DNA of 64,000 nucleotides from Chiloscyllium plagiosum (Eukaryota), in assembly GCF_004010195.1 (NCBI RefSeq), contig NC_057718.1, positions 49,439,239 through 49,503,238 of the forward strand, read 5' to 3'. Below are positions 51,086 to 63,044 of this stretch, piece after piece (the stretch's first letter is position 1; the number at the start of each line of letters is the position of its first letter). Under the pieces are notes generated by a model that did no database searches, was not told the origin of the DNA, and worked only from the letters and a program-made list of their open reading frames with translations. A program made the position numbers and the translations under genes.

Positions 51086-51195
51086 TCGTGTGGGACAGAG
51101 TCCCCAGCTTTGATTTAGGATGCTTGGATTCAAACCCCATTGGCTCAAGATGTCTGGAATAACATTTCCGATCAGATTGATTCAAAACTATCTAC
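51086..51195 (+). mobile_element. Short tRNA-derived SINE family 3
   Basis: ggattcaaacccc...cagattgatt...tatcta, as at 30238. Confidence 0.55.
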
Positions 51196-51289
51196 CTTGT
51201 GAAATGCCAGTAACAAAGTCTTGGGACTGAAATAATTATCCTCCAAAACTATTTGAGGTCTGCAGGATGACAGATATTAGCTTTCAGAT

Positions 51290-51860
51290 AATTTATTTCA
51301 CTCCATGTGATGTTAAGAAACTGGATTCTGTAAATGATATGGGCTCTGCCAAGGCCTTGGCAGTAATGCTGTAGATTTGTATTTCAAAACTAGCCATACC
51401 TCCAGCCAGGTATAACAGTAGAAACTGCCTGACAATAAGGAACTTCAGCCAGAAACTTAACTGAGCCAGCCACAGCTACAAGAACAGGCTGGAGGCTAGG
51501 AATTCTGCAAAACCTGTCTCTCCAAACCCTGTCTGCAATGAAGAGTGTATGCCCAAAATGCTGATTCTCCTGCTCCTTGGATGCTGCCTGATCTGCTGTG
51601 CTTTTCCAGCACGACACTCTCGACTCTGATCTTCAGCATCTGCAGTTCTCACTTTCTCCTACAATCTACAAGGCTCAATTCAAGAGCATGATGGAATACT
51701 CACCACATATGTGGATAAGTGAAGTTCCAATAACACTCAAAAAACTTGATATCATCCAGGACAAAGATGACCACTTGAGCAATACCCCATCTGCCATTTA
51801 AACAGTAGGTCTCACCACCACTGATTCAGTGTCAGCAGCATGTAATGTATACACAATGTA
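51290..51860 (+). mobile_element. CR1-group LINE family B, internally deleted and interrupted
   Basis: TIYKAQFKSMMEYSPHMW...LKKLDIIQDK in ORF 51598-51801. Confidence 0.78.
51538..51660 (+). mobile_element. Single-arm Penelope-derived element (family A), decayed hammerhead
   Basis: atgaagagtgtatgcccaaaatg...ttggatgctgcctgatctgctgtgcttttccagca matches the right arm of 63045-63260. Confidence 0.8.
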
Positions 51861-52547
51861 CCACAGATCAAAACAAATCTATCCAGAACACTCTTTTGTG
51901 CATCAGGGTAGTCTTCTTCAGCATTCTATCCATTGCACACCATTAAACTACATAGTGCTTTCATTTCTCTATAGTTACACAATTGTATTTCATTGTATAG
52001 TATAGAAGATTTTTTCTCAGAGCATAAGTTTAGAAGAGACAGAAGAAAAATCCTGAAACTTGACACCCATGTGAAATTATAATGCTTTATTTTTAACATA
52101 TTTTAATAGGGTTAACTTAATTGATCTGAAAAACAGATGTACAATAATATTATATACAATAAGATTAACCATTTAATGTGCAGACAAACTGTCTAGACCT
52201 CTTTGGAAAACTCGACAAGTAAAGTGATTTGTAATAGATCCTGAAACCATCTGACACAGGCTTTGGTCATTTTATATGACTTTCTACAAAAGATTTCCTG
52301 AGCAATGCACCATTTTAATCTTGATTATTCCAATTAAAAGATTAGACCAAAAACATTGTTAATTACCCAACTGCAGATGAATTGGGAGAGACCAAAAACA
52401 AAACTGGAGGACAAGATGAAGAATAACAATCAAGCCATTGATAAAAGAGAAAATTATACATTCAGACATCAGTTAATGTGAGATTAAATTTGATAGCAAA
52501 TTTCAAGTCGTAACATTAATAAAAAAACAAATTGAACGTTTCTGTTA

Positions 52548-53088
52548 TAAAAGCAAAACACTGTGGATGCTGGAGATCTGAAATAAAAAATAGAAAATGC
52601 TGGAGAAACTCTGCAGTTCCAGAAGCATCTGTGGAGAAAGAAACAATTTAATGTTTTGACCCCAATGAATCTTCGTCAAAACCAAGCTGAGATGGAAAGC
52701 TATGCTTTTATGCTATTGACACGTGGGAGGAGGAGTGAGTAGAACAGATGGTGACAGTGCCCAAAGCAAAAAACAAAGAGAGTGCTAACATTTGGAAAGA
52801 AGGGATGTAGATACAAGATAGGTATTAATGATAAGTGCGATTTGTAGATAATATCTCAGTTCGGTTGACAGCAAACCAATGCCATCAAGACACTAGGGTT
52901 TGGTTAGGGGGCTGGAAATGGTTGTAATCAGATGAAGGACTGTGTTCATGCTCTGAAGTTGTTGAACTCAATGTTGAGTCCTGAAACCTGTGAATTACCT
53001 GTGAAATACAAGGTCCTATCTCCCCAGATTACATTGGCCCTCAGTGAAACACTACAGTTGACCTAGAATGGAAATGTTAGCCTGAGAG
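52548..53088 (-). mobile_element. Penelope-like element 3' end with endonuclease C-terminal remnant
   Basis: 53087-52946 translates SQANISILGQL*CFTEGQCNLGR*DLVFH/GNSQVSGLNIEFNNFRA*; followed by a pyrimidine-rich UTR and the family C terminal unit at 52548-52680. Confidence 0.8.
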
Positions 53089-54189
53089 TAATACCATTTT
53101 TGTTGTTCAGTAATTTGTAAGAGTTATTAAACGTTATGCTCTGGGTAGAAAGATTTTCTATATTTTACCTGAATGCTAACTTGAGCAAGTGCATTCCCCA
53201 ACTTTACCCAAATTTCCAGAATGGATAGACAGCTAAATAGATGAAATTTACTCTAATAGGTGTCATTTGATTTTTAAAAAAATCTAATCTTAAAGAACAT
53301 CTTCACATCCAGAAAATGGATCAGTGCTGCATTATTTACTCCTTGACTGCTAAATTTGATCAATGTTATTTAACTGGGACCACATTTCCTCAATACTATA
53401 GATTATTTTAATAAAGGCAATAATTTTATTAATGATAGCCATTTCTTGAGAGTGTTGATTTGAAAAGAAGATTTTGTGAGGCATTACTTCATTCAACTGA
53501 AACATTGTACTCACAATTTAGCAGTAATTTGATATTTGGGAAGTCTTTGGGCTGAAAATCAGATAGCTCGCCAAAACAGGTGCAGTGTCTCTTTGGAGGG
53601 CCTCTGGTCTCTTCTAGATAGAGGAGTCTATTTCAGTCTATCCCCTGGATCAAGCCTTACAGTGCTGCATTGGAAAACACGGGGGCATGTTCTTTGCCAT
53701 ATTCTATCATTCCTGTGTCATTCTCAAGACAAACTCACTTTTAAATTTGACATTCTGTTGTAGTCAAAATGCATCTCCTCTTTAAGATAAGCAAGCAGGT
53801 TTTAAGAATTGCTTGAAATGTTAATGTTCAAAGTTAATGAATTTATCTTTTAATGAAAGATTCAACTAACTGCATCCCTAGCCTCATATCCTTTTTTACT
53901 CCCCTACCAGCACAACCTATTCTTCACATTCATTGAGTTGTCTCAGCCTCAACACTTAGTACTGCTGCAAGCCTCTGTTACCCACATTCGAATGCTTGCA
54001 AAGTCTACCAGCTATTAAACCATGGCAGGAGCATTACCACATAGATTGCACCATTCTTACTGATACATTTTTCATTCTTTCAGGACAAGCTGGCATTTAA
54101 CCATAGGCAACAGCATATAGTCCAGCACTGCACACCCACATCACCCTCAACCTGGCAGAGGATCCATTGTTCACCATCACTTTTTACAA

Positions 54190-55030
54190 ATTTAATTTGA
54201 TTTAATTTATTATTTTCACATGTACCTAGATAGTGAAAAGTTTTGTTTGGCATGCAGTACAGGCTGATCAAACCATACTATGTGCATAAGGGTAATAGAA
54301 CACAGTGAGGAATACAATGTTACAGCTGCAAAGATGATGCACATAGGTTGAGGTCAACAATAAATTTCAAATTAGAGAGGTCCATTCAGAAGTCTAATAA
54401 CAGCAGGGAAGAAGCTGTTCTTGAATCTGATGGTATAGGTGTTTAGGTTTCTGCCTGAGGGAAGAGATTATAACCAGGTTCGAAGGGATTAGATTAGATT
54501 ACTTACAGTGTGGAAACAGGCCCTTCAGCCCAACAAGTCCACACCAATGCTCCGAACAGCAACCCACCCAGAGCCATTCCCCTACATTTACCCCTTCACC
54601 TAACACTACAGGCAATTTAGCATGGCCAATTCACCTAACCTGTGCATTTTTGGACTTGGGGAGGAAACCGGAGCACCCGGAGGAAACCCACGCAGACACG
54701 GGGAAAATGTGCAAACTCCACACAGACAGTTGCCTGAGATGGGAATTGAACCCAGGTCTCTGGCACTGTGAGGCAACAGTGATAACCACTGTGCCACCCA
54801 TTATGAAAAATGATTATGTTGGCTGTCTTCCCGAGACAGTGAGAAGCTTAGATGGAGTCTAAGGATAGGAGGTTGGCTTGCATTCACAACTTTCTGTAGT
54901 TTCTTACGTTCCTGGGCAGAGCAGTTGCCATACCAAGCCATGATGCATCCAAATAGAATGCTTTCTCTGGAGCATTTATAAAAGTTGGTAAGAGAATGTA
55001 CAGACATGCTGAATTTCCTTTGCCTTCTAA
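54190..55030 (-). mobile_element. Rex1/Babar-type LINE 3' end, split by an HE1 SINE
   Basis: ORF 54801-55007 LTNFYKCSRESILFGCIMAWYGNCSAQERKKLQKVV. Confidence 0.82.
54487..54799 (-). mobile_element. HE1-type SINE
   Basis: Reverse-complement homology to 23056-23370; (tctaa)n-type tail. Confidence 0.94.
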
Positions 55031-55039
55031 TTTGCAGCC

Positions 55040-55900
55040 CTGACTTGGACTGCGGATAATGGCAGAATTGAAATGAGTGAAGGTGTGGGTATGTTTATCC
55101 AAGATCATCCTCCTCATATTTCACTTTCCCTTTATCCCACAATCGCTCCTGATTTACAAACTGCCAAGTGTAAGAATGCAACTCTTGACTTTCCCCAATC
55201 TTTTCTCCAAGTCTATCATTACTTGGAGACTTGTAATGCCAATATTCTGGGACAAATGACTGCAACTTGGCCAGGTGGTAATGCAGGAGCAAGAAATTGA
55301 AAACAAAGAAGACATTAATGAAGAAACAGTGTTCTTCAATGTTACAGTCAGCCACAGTTCAGGTACAGAAACTGTGTACGGTTTTGAGAACAGCTTAGAC
55401 CTGGGATTTGCATGTGATGTAACACCAGAAATGGATAGGTTGCAGAGGAAGAGAGCAGAGCAGGTGCCAGCTCATCAAAGGATGAGGTTGCATATGAATT
55501 CCGCTCATGGACGACTTTGGTGGGAAAAGGTTGATGGATACATAGAAGGAAATGCTTACTGCACAGATAAGACCATATGACAGGCTTGCCAAAAAGCATG
55601 GAGTCACTGGCAAAGAGTTTAGAGGAGCTCAGCATCTCCAAATATACATCTTGCAGCTGAATGGGATGTGTGCACGATCAACAATGGCATTCTGCACCAT
55701 GGTAAACGCCTGCAGTCTGACCAATGCCACATACTCACTCAGTTTTCTTCTCTTTGGCAAGAAAGAATGAAATCTAAACCATTGTCTTCATGGTTCAGAG
55801 CCTCTGAGCCTCAATGGATGTCAAACCATGAGATGTTGGAAAAATGTCTGGAAGGGTCCAGATATGTAAGGATTCATGGTCACAGTTACCTTCATAGCTA
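55040..55900 (+). pseudogene. Probable C-terminal exons of a Harbinger-type Myb/SANT partner gene, decayed
   Basis: Acidic EQEIENKEDINEE...SSGTET...AEQVPAHQRMR, then LPKSMESLAKSLEE coiled-coil-like segment; assignment from recalled similarity. Confidence 0.4.
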
Positions 55901-56268
55901 AAAGCAATCCTGTCCTTGCCTACTCTGAGACCGCTACAAGTGGCAGATTTTAGAGATGTCATACTCAATGAAACACTGTTCCTCAATGTGTATGTGAAAG
56001 GAACATTGCTTCTAAAAGATCCTGGATGAGAATAACCTCTGGGTAAATCTTTCTCTCCCTACTTCTCATCCTCCTTCCTCTTTGAGCAACCTGTCTTTCT
56101 CTGTGTCACCACCGCTGATTCTCCCTGTCAATCTATGCTCCTGTGGGTGTAGAAACTGTACCATCTACAATTAACAATATAGACACCAAAAAGTCTAGTA
56201 ATTGTGCAAAGGCCAGCAGAAATCAATCAGCAATGACCATGAATGTCGATGAGGATCCAGCTGAACTA

Positions 56269-56327
56269 TAGTTTCTTACGTTCCTGGGCAGAGCAGTTGC
56301 CATTCCAAGCCATGATGCATCCAAATA
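56269..56327 (+). repeat. 59-bp direct copy of 54897-54955
   Basis: 58 of 59 bases identical by eye. Confidence 0.92.
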
Positions 56328-56643
56328 CTGTTAAGGTGAACACCCTGCTTCTGTACGCATGGTAGACTTCCAAGATTAAAAGAGGACATTAGCTTCAGCT
56401 TTGAGGTTAGAAATGGCATCACAAGAATCAAATCTGTATTGTGCATGGACTAGCATCATGTTTTTTCCTATACAACACACTTCTAGCACATGGTCCCATT
56501 ATTTGCACTTAAGACTTACTGAAAATTTAGACAGCATTCAACCAAGGTTTGCTGTCTAAGTTACTGTTGGGGATGCTACTAACATAGCCAAAGTGTAAGC
56601 TCGCCTGCTGGATAGTTGGTTAAAAGAAAAATTACCCTTCTTT

Positions 56644-57350
56644 TGATGTCCCTTTTTTCACAAATTCGGACAACACAAGTTTCTGTTCAAAAGTAGATGC
56701 AATATTATTGGACAGCCGGTGAGAGATCCTCAGTGTGATCAGAAGTAGTCATTCGTCTACTTGTGGTGACACGTCTTCACGAATCTCTGCTCTACGCACA
56801 AAGACAGTATTTTTTATAGGAATTAAACAAAGGTCTATCAGTCAAATGGTCGAGTATCGTTACCTAGTTTAAGATAGACAATTATAAATTTACAAGCCCG
56901 GTGAATGTCGATGTTCTGTGATAATGAGTAAATGGATTGCAAAGACTGATTATTGTATTCTTCATGATCATGTATTGATGGGAAGAGATTAAGACATAAC
57001 CTGCTCTCAAAGGGGATTCACATACCTAGGAGGAGAAAGTGAGGTCTGCAGACGCTGGAGATCAAAGCTGAAACTTTATTGCTGGAACAGCACAGCAGGT
57101 CAGGCAGCATCTAGGGAACAGAAGATTCGACGTTTCGGGCACATGCCCTTCTTCAGGATTCACATACCTATGCTAATATGGAGGGGGAGCAAGATAATGG
57201 GAGCAGGAGGCAGTTTAACAGGGTTGTGGCCAAGGCTATCAGTCTTGTCTGGGGAGGACCAATATCTCTACCCGAGGCTGCAGAGGAATCCAGATGTGTG
57301 GCTCCAATGGATTTCGTCTCTAAGATTCAGTCAACTTTCTCCCTACTGAG
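56644..57350 (-). mobile_element. Possible LTR-like repeat hosting the 57029 insertion
   Basis: Relatively CpG-rich; minus-strand ctataaaaa at 56811-56819; TG start; no TSD found. Confidence 0.25.
57029..57155 (-). mobile_element. Single-arm Penelope-derived element (family A) with intact hammerhead core
   Basis: Perfect 15-bp direct repeat ggattcacataccta at 57014-57028 and 57156-57170; minus strand CUGAAGA-A-GGGC-AUGU-GCCC-GAAA-CGUC. Confidence 0.88.
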
Positions 57351-58874
57351 ATATTTGGTCTATTCTGCAAGAGGACAGGCATGCAATTGATACTGCAGTG
57401 AGTCTCTTTGGTAGTGAAATATTTAACACTTGAGTCCCCAGTATGCCTTGAAAGAGAAGTAAAAAATGGAACTGATCCCTTTATGGCTTTCTAACTTCCT
57501 CACTTCCTCTGCAGACCGGAGTAATCTCCAGCCAATACAGAATTAGTTAATCTCAACCAGTGCAACAGTATTGTTGCTGCTGTTGACATCAATAATCATG
57601 GATTTTATATTGAAAGATATTGTATGTTGTGCGCCACTTCCACACAAATTAGATAGCTTTCTCCAAAGTCAAGTGTTTGTGGAACTGTATTAAATTTGAA
57701 AAGAATCATCAGTAAGTCAATGCTAAATGGCCACAATTTTATGCCATTCTGCAGAGGTCATTAACAAAATTAAGCATGGATATCCAGGAATGCTGGTCTC
57801 CTCTGCTTCAAGAATTTTATTTGTTCTCAGATTGTAGAACTTCTTCAAAATTCTTTGTGCCTTTTTTTGCGCTCTGGTAATTTATCATGTTAACAGATGT
57901 TGGGCATATTGAACACAATATTGCATCTGTTTGTTCAAATTAAGATTTTATATTTATTTTCAATGGAATTCTGTACCTTAAGCATTGTTTCTTCTTTGCC
58001 AAATATCCAACACTTTGCTCTGTTTGGCCGTCTCTGGATATTAAATATGAAATTTTTGTTAGTTTCTTCCTTTTTTCAAAATGTGGTGACTTATGTACAG
58101 CTCAAAGCCAATTTGCTCTGATTACTTGCAATTATCTAATAATAATGCAATGTATAAATGCTGCTGGCTTTAAAAGTTTCCACTTTGTTTTAAAGTAACA
58201 TTGTTTTAATTCTTTAGCCTTAAAGTGTCTTAATACTTCTAAACATTATTATTGCAGTTTTTCAGTACTTTATTTGTAAGCTTTTAAACTCCCTACTGTA
58301 GTCATGTTAAACAAGACAGAAAGCTGCGACTACAATAGTTTGGCTGAAACACTTTCCACTTTCTATCAACACTGAATGGATTCAATTTGTTGCACACAAC
58401 AGTGAACAATTGTCTGCCAAGAGGGCTGTGGTAGTTGGGAAGGGACAAGTTGAAGAAAAATGTTTGACTTCCCTATTTACTGAAGAAGAATCCACAACAA
58501 AACTGAAATGCATTATAATGAGGAAGAATACATTTCCATCGAAAACAACTGAGAGGAAAAGAAATAAAACACAAAATATTTGAAAAGTTGAAGTAATAAA
58601 GATCTATCTACTTTAGCACAGACCTATAGGTAAATGAGAACTAAATTCCAGTAACACAAATTGAAGGTGCGGGACACACAATTCCACAGAAGGCATTACA
58701 CAGGGAAGACAAATACTACACAGTGAAAAATAAATTATTGTGATAGGCAGCAAAGTTATAGCAAGTAAAGAATGGGCAGACATCTCAAAAGTTCCCAATG
58801 GAAAGAAATACAAGAATTACAAAATACAAGATCATCTGGTGCATGAGAAGTCTAGGAAGTTTTGCCTCACGGTT

Positions 58875-59398
58875 AGTGTCACAGTGAAGCAGTCTGGGAA
58901 GGGTGGCCTGACAGGCAGTGTTACAGTGAAGCAGTCTTGGAAGGGTGTCCAGACAGTGTCACGGTGAAACAGTCTGGGAAGGGTGTCCTGACAGTATCGC
59001 GGTGAAGCGGTCTGGGAAGGTGTCCTGACAGTGTCACAGTGAAGCTGTCTGGGAAGGTATCCTGACAGACAGTATCACAGTGAAGCAGTCTGGGAAAGTG
59101 TCTTGACAGGCAGTGTCACAGTAAAGCAGTCTGGGAAGGGTGTCCTGACAATATCACAGTGAAGCAGTCTGGGAAGAATGTCTTGACAGTGTCACAGTGT
59201 CACAGTGAAGCAGTCTGGGAAGGGTGTCCTGACAGTATCACGGTGAAGCAGTCTGGGAAGGGTGTCCTGACAGTGTCACAGTGAAGCAGTCTGGGAAGGG
59301 TGTCCTGACAGTGTCACAGTGAAGCGGTCTGGGAAGGTGTCCTGACAGTGTCACAGTGAAGCAGTCTGGGAAGGTGTCTTGACAGTCAGTGTCACAGT
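58875..59398. repeat. Minisatellite, 13 copies of a unit of about 38 bp
   Basis: Consensus tcacagtgaagcagtctgggaagggtgtcctgacagtg; units 37-46 bp. Confidence 0.95.
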
Positions 59399-59415
59399 CA
59401 TGTGGTATCAAACAT

Positions 59416-59815
59416 CTTATAATTCAAACTCTCCAGTGCTGGCAACATCCTGATAAATCTTTTTTGAACCCTCTCCAATTTAATAATATCTTTCCTTGGG
59501 CAGGGTACCAGAACTATACACAGTGGCTTCAAGATGACGTCCTGACTCCTTTTCACACTGGTTTGAGCAATGAAGGCAGGCATGCGAAATACATTCTTAA
59601 CCACTCTCTCTGCCTGTGATACAACTTTCAAGAACAATGTATCTGAATCCCAGGTCTCTCTATTCAGCAACAGTCCCCAGGGCTCTACCATTCACTGTAT
59701 AGGTCCTACCCTTGCTTGTTTTACAAAAATGCAACACCTCACATTTATCCAAAATAAACTCCAACTGTCACTCCTCAGCCTATTGACCTAATTAAGTTCC
59801 CTTTGTAATCTTGGA
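59416..59815 (-). mobile_element. CR1/HER1 fragment
   Basis: RKDIIKLERVQKRFIRMLPALE in ORF 59398-59691. Confidence 0.85.
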
Positions 59816-59841
59816 TGACGCTGAGAAAGCTTGTAAGATTT

Positions 59842-59874
59842 TTCCCGTAAGTGATGACGTCAGTGGTAACCAAT
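59842..59874 (+). promoter_or_regulatory. Candidate STAT (GAS) + CRE + CCAAT motif cluster
   Basis: TTCCCGTAA 59842-59850, TGACGTCA 59855-59862, CCAAT 59870-59874; motif match only. Confidence 0.3.
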
Positions 59875-59896
59875 TCACACCCATCAAGTACCTGTC

Positions 59897-60213
59897 GGAT
59901 GGCACAGTGGCTCAGTGGTTAGCACTGCTGCCTCACAGCACCAGGGTCCCAGGTTTGATTCCAATCTCGGGCGACTGTCTGTGTGGAGTTTGCACATTCT
60001 CCCTGTGTCTGTGTGGGTTTCCTCCGGGTGCTCCGGTTTCCTTCCACAGTCCAAAGATGTGCAGGTCAGGTGAATTGGCCATGCTAATTTGCCCATAGTG
60101 TTAGATGCATTAGTCAGAGGGAAAAGGGGTTTGGGTGGATAACTCTTCGGAGAGTCAGTTGGACTTGTTGGCCGAAGGGCATGTTTCTACACTGTAGGGA
60201 ATCTAATCTAATC
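59897..60213 (+). mobile_element. HE1-type SINE
   Basis: ggcacagtggctcagtggttagcactgctgcc...aatctaatctaatc. Confidence 0.94.
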
Positions 60214-60484
60214 AACAGCTCCACAAGTAAAACAGAGTTGGCAGCTTGTATATCTTTGCTACCATCATGCGATTGCTGATCTGCAGCCATCATCCTCCTC
60301 AACCTTTTATCTATGTAACTCAGCACTGCTAATCACCTGCCCCAGTGCACCATCATGCCTGTTCTTAGAGCAACACTGCTTTCGGCTTTAAGTGCACTAA
60401 TTTGGAGCTGAAATACATGTGGGACTTAGCATGGAGGGTGATGTCCCTCTGAGAATGAGATAGCAAAAAAAAATATGGTGGCAT

Positions 60485-60690
60485 TACCCATTTTGGGGCA
60501 GAGAACTTCATTGATCTTCCTGAACTGCTTAGCATTCTGCTTTACATGGGGTATGGTGTAGTGCTGCAATTTTGGGTCCAGGCTGATCTTTTTCTGTTGC
60601 TGTGGGAGCCGACTATGAGGAGGACTGAACCTCTTTCCATCCCCCCCCAATTCACCAGCATCGCTATCTGTGAAATGGGGAACAGTGTTT
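60485..60690 (-). pseudogene. Degraded Myb/SANT-like exon remnant
   Basis: VPHFTDSD...KQNAKQFRKINEVL followed by donor-like GGTAATG. Confidence 0.4.
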
Positions 60691-60988
60691 GCCTAATCTC
60701 TGAGCCATTTCTTTGGTGATTAAGGTGAAGCTGCACAGTGTGACAGATCATTACTGGCTTACAGTGTCTGAAATGGTGTGTAGCAGAGCTTTAAGTATGG
60801 TATGAGGGCAGGGAAGCCTGAAGGTGCCAGCAGCGGGCAAAACTTCCAACTCGCTCACCAGGAGCTTCCTTGGGAAATATCTTAGTTGCATAGTTAGTGA
60901 GATGAAAACGTAAGGCTGTGTGAGAAAAACCATCCTGGGCCAAAGGGGAATGATGCATGAAACACACTCACCACCAAAGTTCACTACA

Positions 60989-61805
60989 ATCAGATGGGCT
61001 GAGGAGTGGAAGATGGAGTTTAATTTAGATAAATGCGAGGTGCTGCATTTTGGGAAAGCAAATCAGAGGAGGATTTATACACTTAATGGTAAGGTCCTAG
61101 GGAGTGTTGCTGAACAAAAAGACCTTGGAGTGCAGGTTCATAGTTCCTTGAAAGTAGAGTCGCAGGTAGGTAGGATAATGAAGAAGGTGTTTGGTATGCT
61201 TTCCTTTATTGAGTACTGGAGTTGGGAGGTCATGTTGCAGCTGTAAAGGACATTGGTTAGGCCACTGTTGGAATATTGCATGCAATTCTGGTCTTCCTAT
61301 TGGAAAGATGTTGTAAAATTTGAAAGGGTTCAGAAAAGATTTACAAAGGTTGGAGGATTTGAACTATAGGGAGAGGTTGAATAGGCTGGGGCTGTTTTCC
61401 CTGGAGCACGGAGGCTGAGAGGTGACCTTATAGAGGTTAATAAAACCTTGAGGGGCATGGATAGGATAAATAGACAAAGTCTTTTTCCTGGGGTCGGGGT
61501 GTCCAGAAGTAGAGGGGATAGGTTTAGGGTGAGAGAGGAAAAATATGAAAGGGATCAGAAGGGCAACATTTTCACACAGAGGGTGGTACGGGTATGGAAT
61601 GAGCTGCCAGAGGAAGTGGTGGAGGCTGGTACAATTGCAACATTTAAAAGGCATCTGGATGAGTATATGAATAGGAAGGGTTTGGAGGGATATGGGTTGG
61701 GTGCTGGCAAGTGGGACTAGTTTGGGTTGGGATATCTGGTCGGCATGGACAAGTTGGACTGAAGGATCTGTTTCCATGCTGTACATCTCTACAACTCTCT
61801 GACTA
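60989..61805 (+). mobile_element. HER1/CR1 LINE, 5'-truncated
   Basis: WAEEWKMEFNLDKCEVLHFG; close homology to 34699-35535. Confidence 0.96.
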
Positions 61806-63044
61806 AATAGAAAATTCTTTTCTAGCTCATATAAGGTGTGGACCTTAGTCAGCAAATGGAGTTTGAAAATAACACCAAGAAGCAGGCATCTTCAAATCCT
61901 CCTGATACCAAAACAACTTTGCACGTTTTTATAAAATGGCTCATGATAAAGCAGGTTAATGCAGAAATTAGCAAAACAAAATTGTACAGGTATTTGGTAT
62001 CTCACATTCTATGGTTATGCCTTGAACTCCTTCAGTTCCTCCTTTTGGAAGAACATTAGAGCAAGTATTTAATAACTTTTCCAAACCTTAAATGATTTAA
62101 CCTTTGAGTCATTTGGTTGCAATCCTAACATGGATGATCATGCTTTCCTCTGTGCAAAACTGGAATCTTTTCCTGAAATAAAATATTTTACAGAATTAGT
62201 GCTTTACTTCATATTGTGGAACACATTTGAGTAATGCACACTAATAACATAAATCTTTCAGTTATTTTAAAATATTGTGCTTTTCTTTTAGTTACAAATC
62301 CATCAGCTCCTGCACAGCATTTGGTAATGCTGACCACAGATAAGAATGGAGTAATTGCCTCAAGATCCAAATCACTGATGAAAATTCTGGAGGAAGGACC
62401 TCTGCTGTGTTTCCTCAATGTGCAGTCAATTAACAGTGGTGCTGAAGTGGATGGAGGCAGGAGATTGATTAATAAATGTGAATTGGTGCCAGCAGGAAGA
62501 TTGGAGCCTTCCTTTTTAAATAAAGTTTCAGAAGTCTTCAAACTGGTCGTACAAAGGGAAACATGTAGAATGGATAAAGTGAAGGTCTGTGAGTAGATTG
62601 ATGGCTGCATTGTGAAGACGGATAGCACAACATTTCGTTGAATGCTCCCAAAAAGATGTGCCTAAAAGGGTGAGGGAAAGGGGTAAGGTACTTTTTCTAA
62701 ACATCCATATTGAGAAGGCCTGCTGGAGACAGCTGAAGAAGAGCAGCCATGGGATAATGGGTGTATTGGAAGTGCCTGAAGGAGCTAGTGAAGGCTGGCA
62801 AGGTAACTGGCGTGAATATGAGCAAGATGGCATGGATAATCTGTTGGCCAACCCTTGCATAGAGACTCAGCAATCAGAGTTGTACAATATCAGAGCACCA
62901 GGACCAATCATTAGCACTCAGGAAAGTATTACCTTAAAGGAAGGTGTTTTGGGAAAAATCACCAGTTTCAGAGTCAGAATTGGGATTCAGTGACAAGAGT
63001 TTATTGTACAAAGAAACCCGAGCTCCGGGGAGAGAAAGATGTTT

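Noticed and set aside
58875..59398. Regular repeats resembling a CRISPR array
   Set aside because: Units are head-to-tail with no unique spacers, there are no cas genes and the context is eukaryotic
62209..62993. Overlapping 110-139 aa ORFs on both strands
   Set aside because: No recognisable domain or splice pattern; probably decayed repeat sequence that I cannot classify
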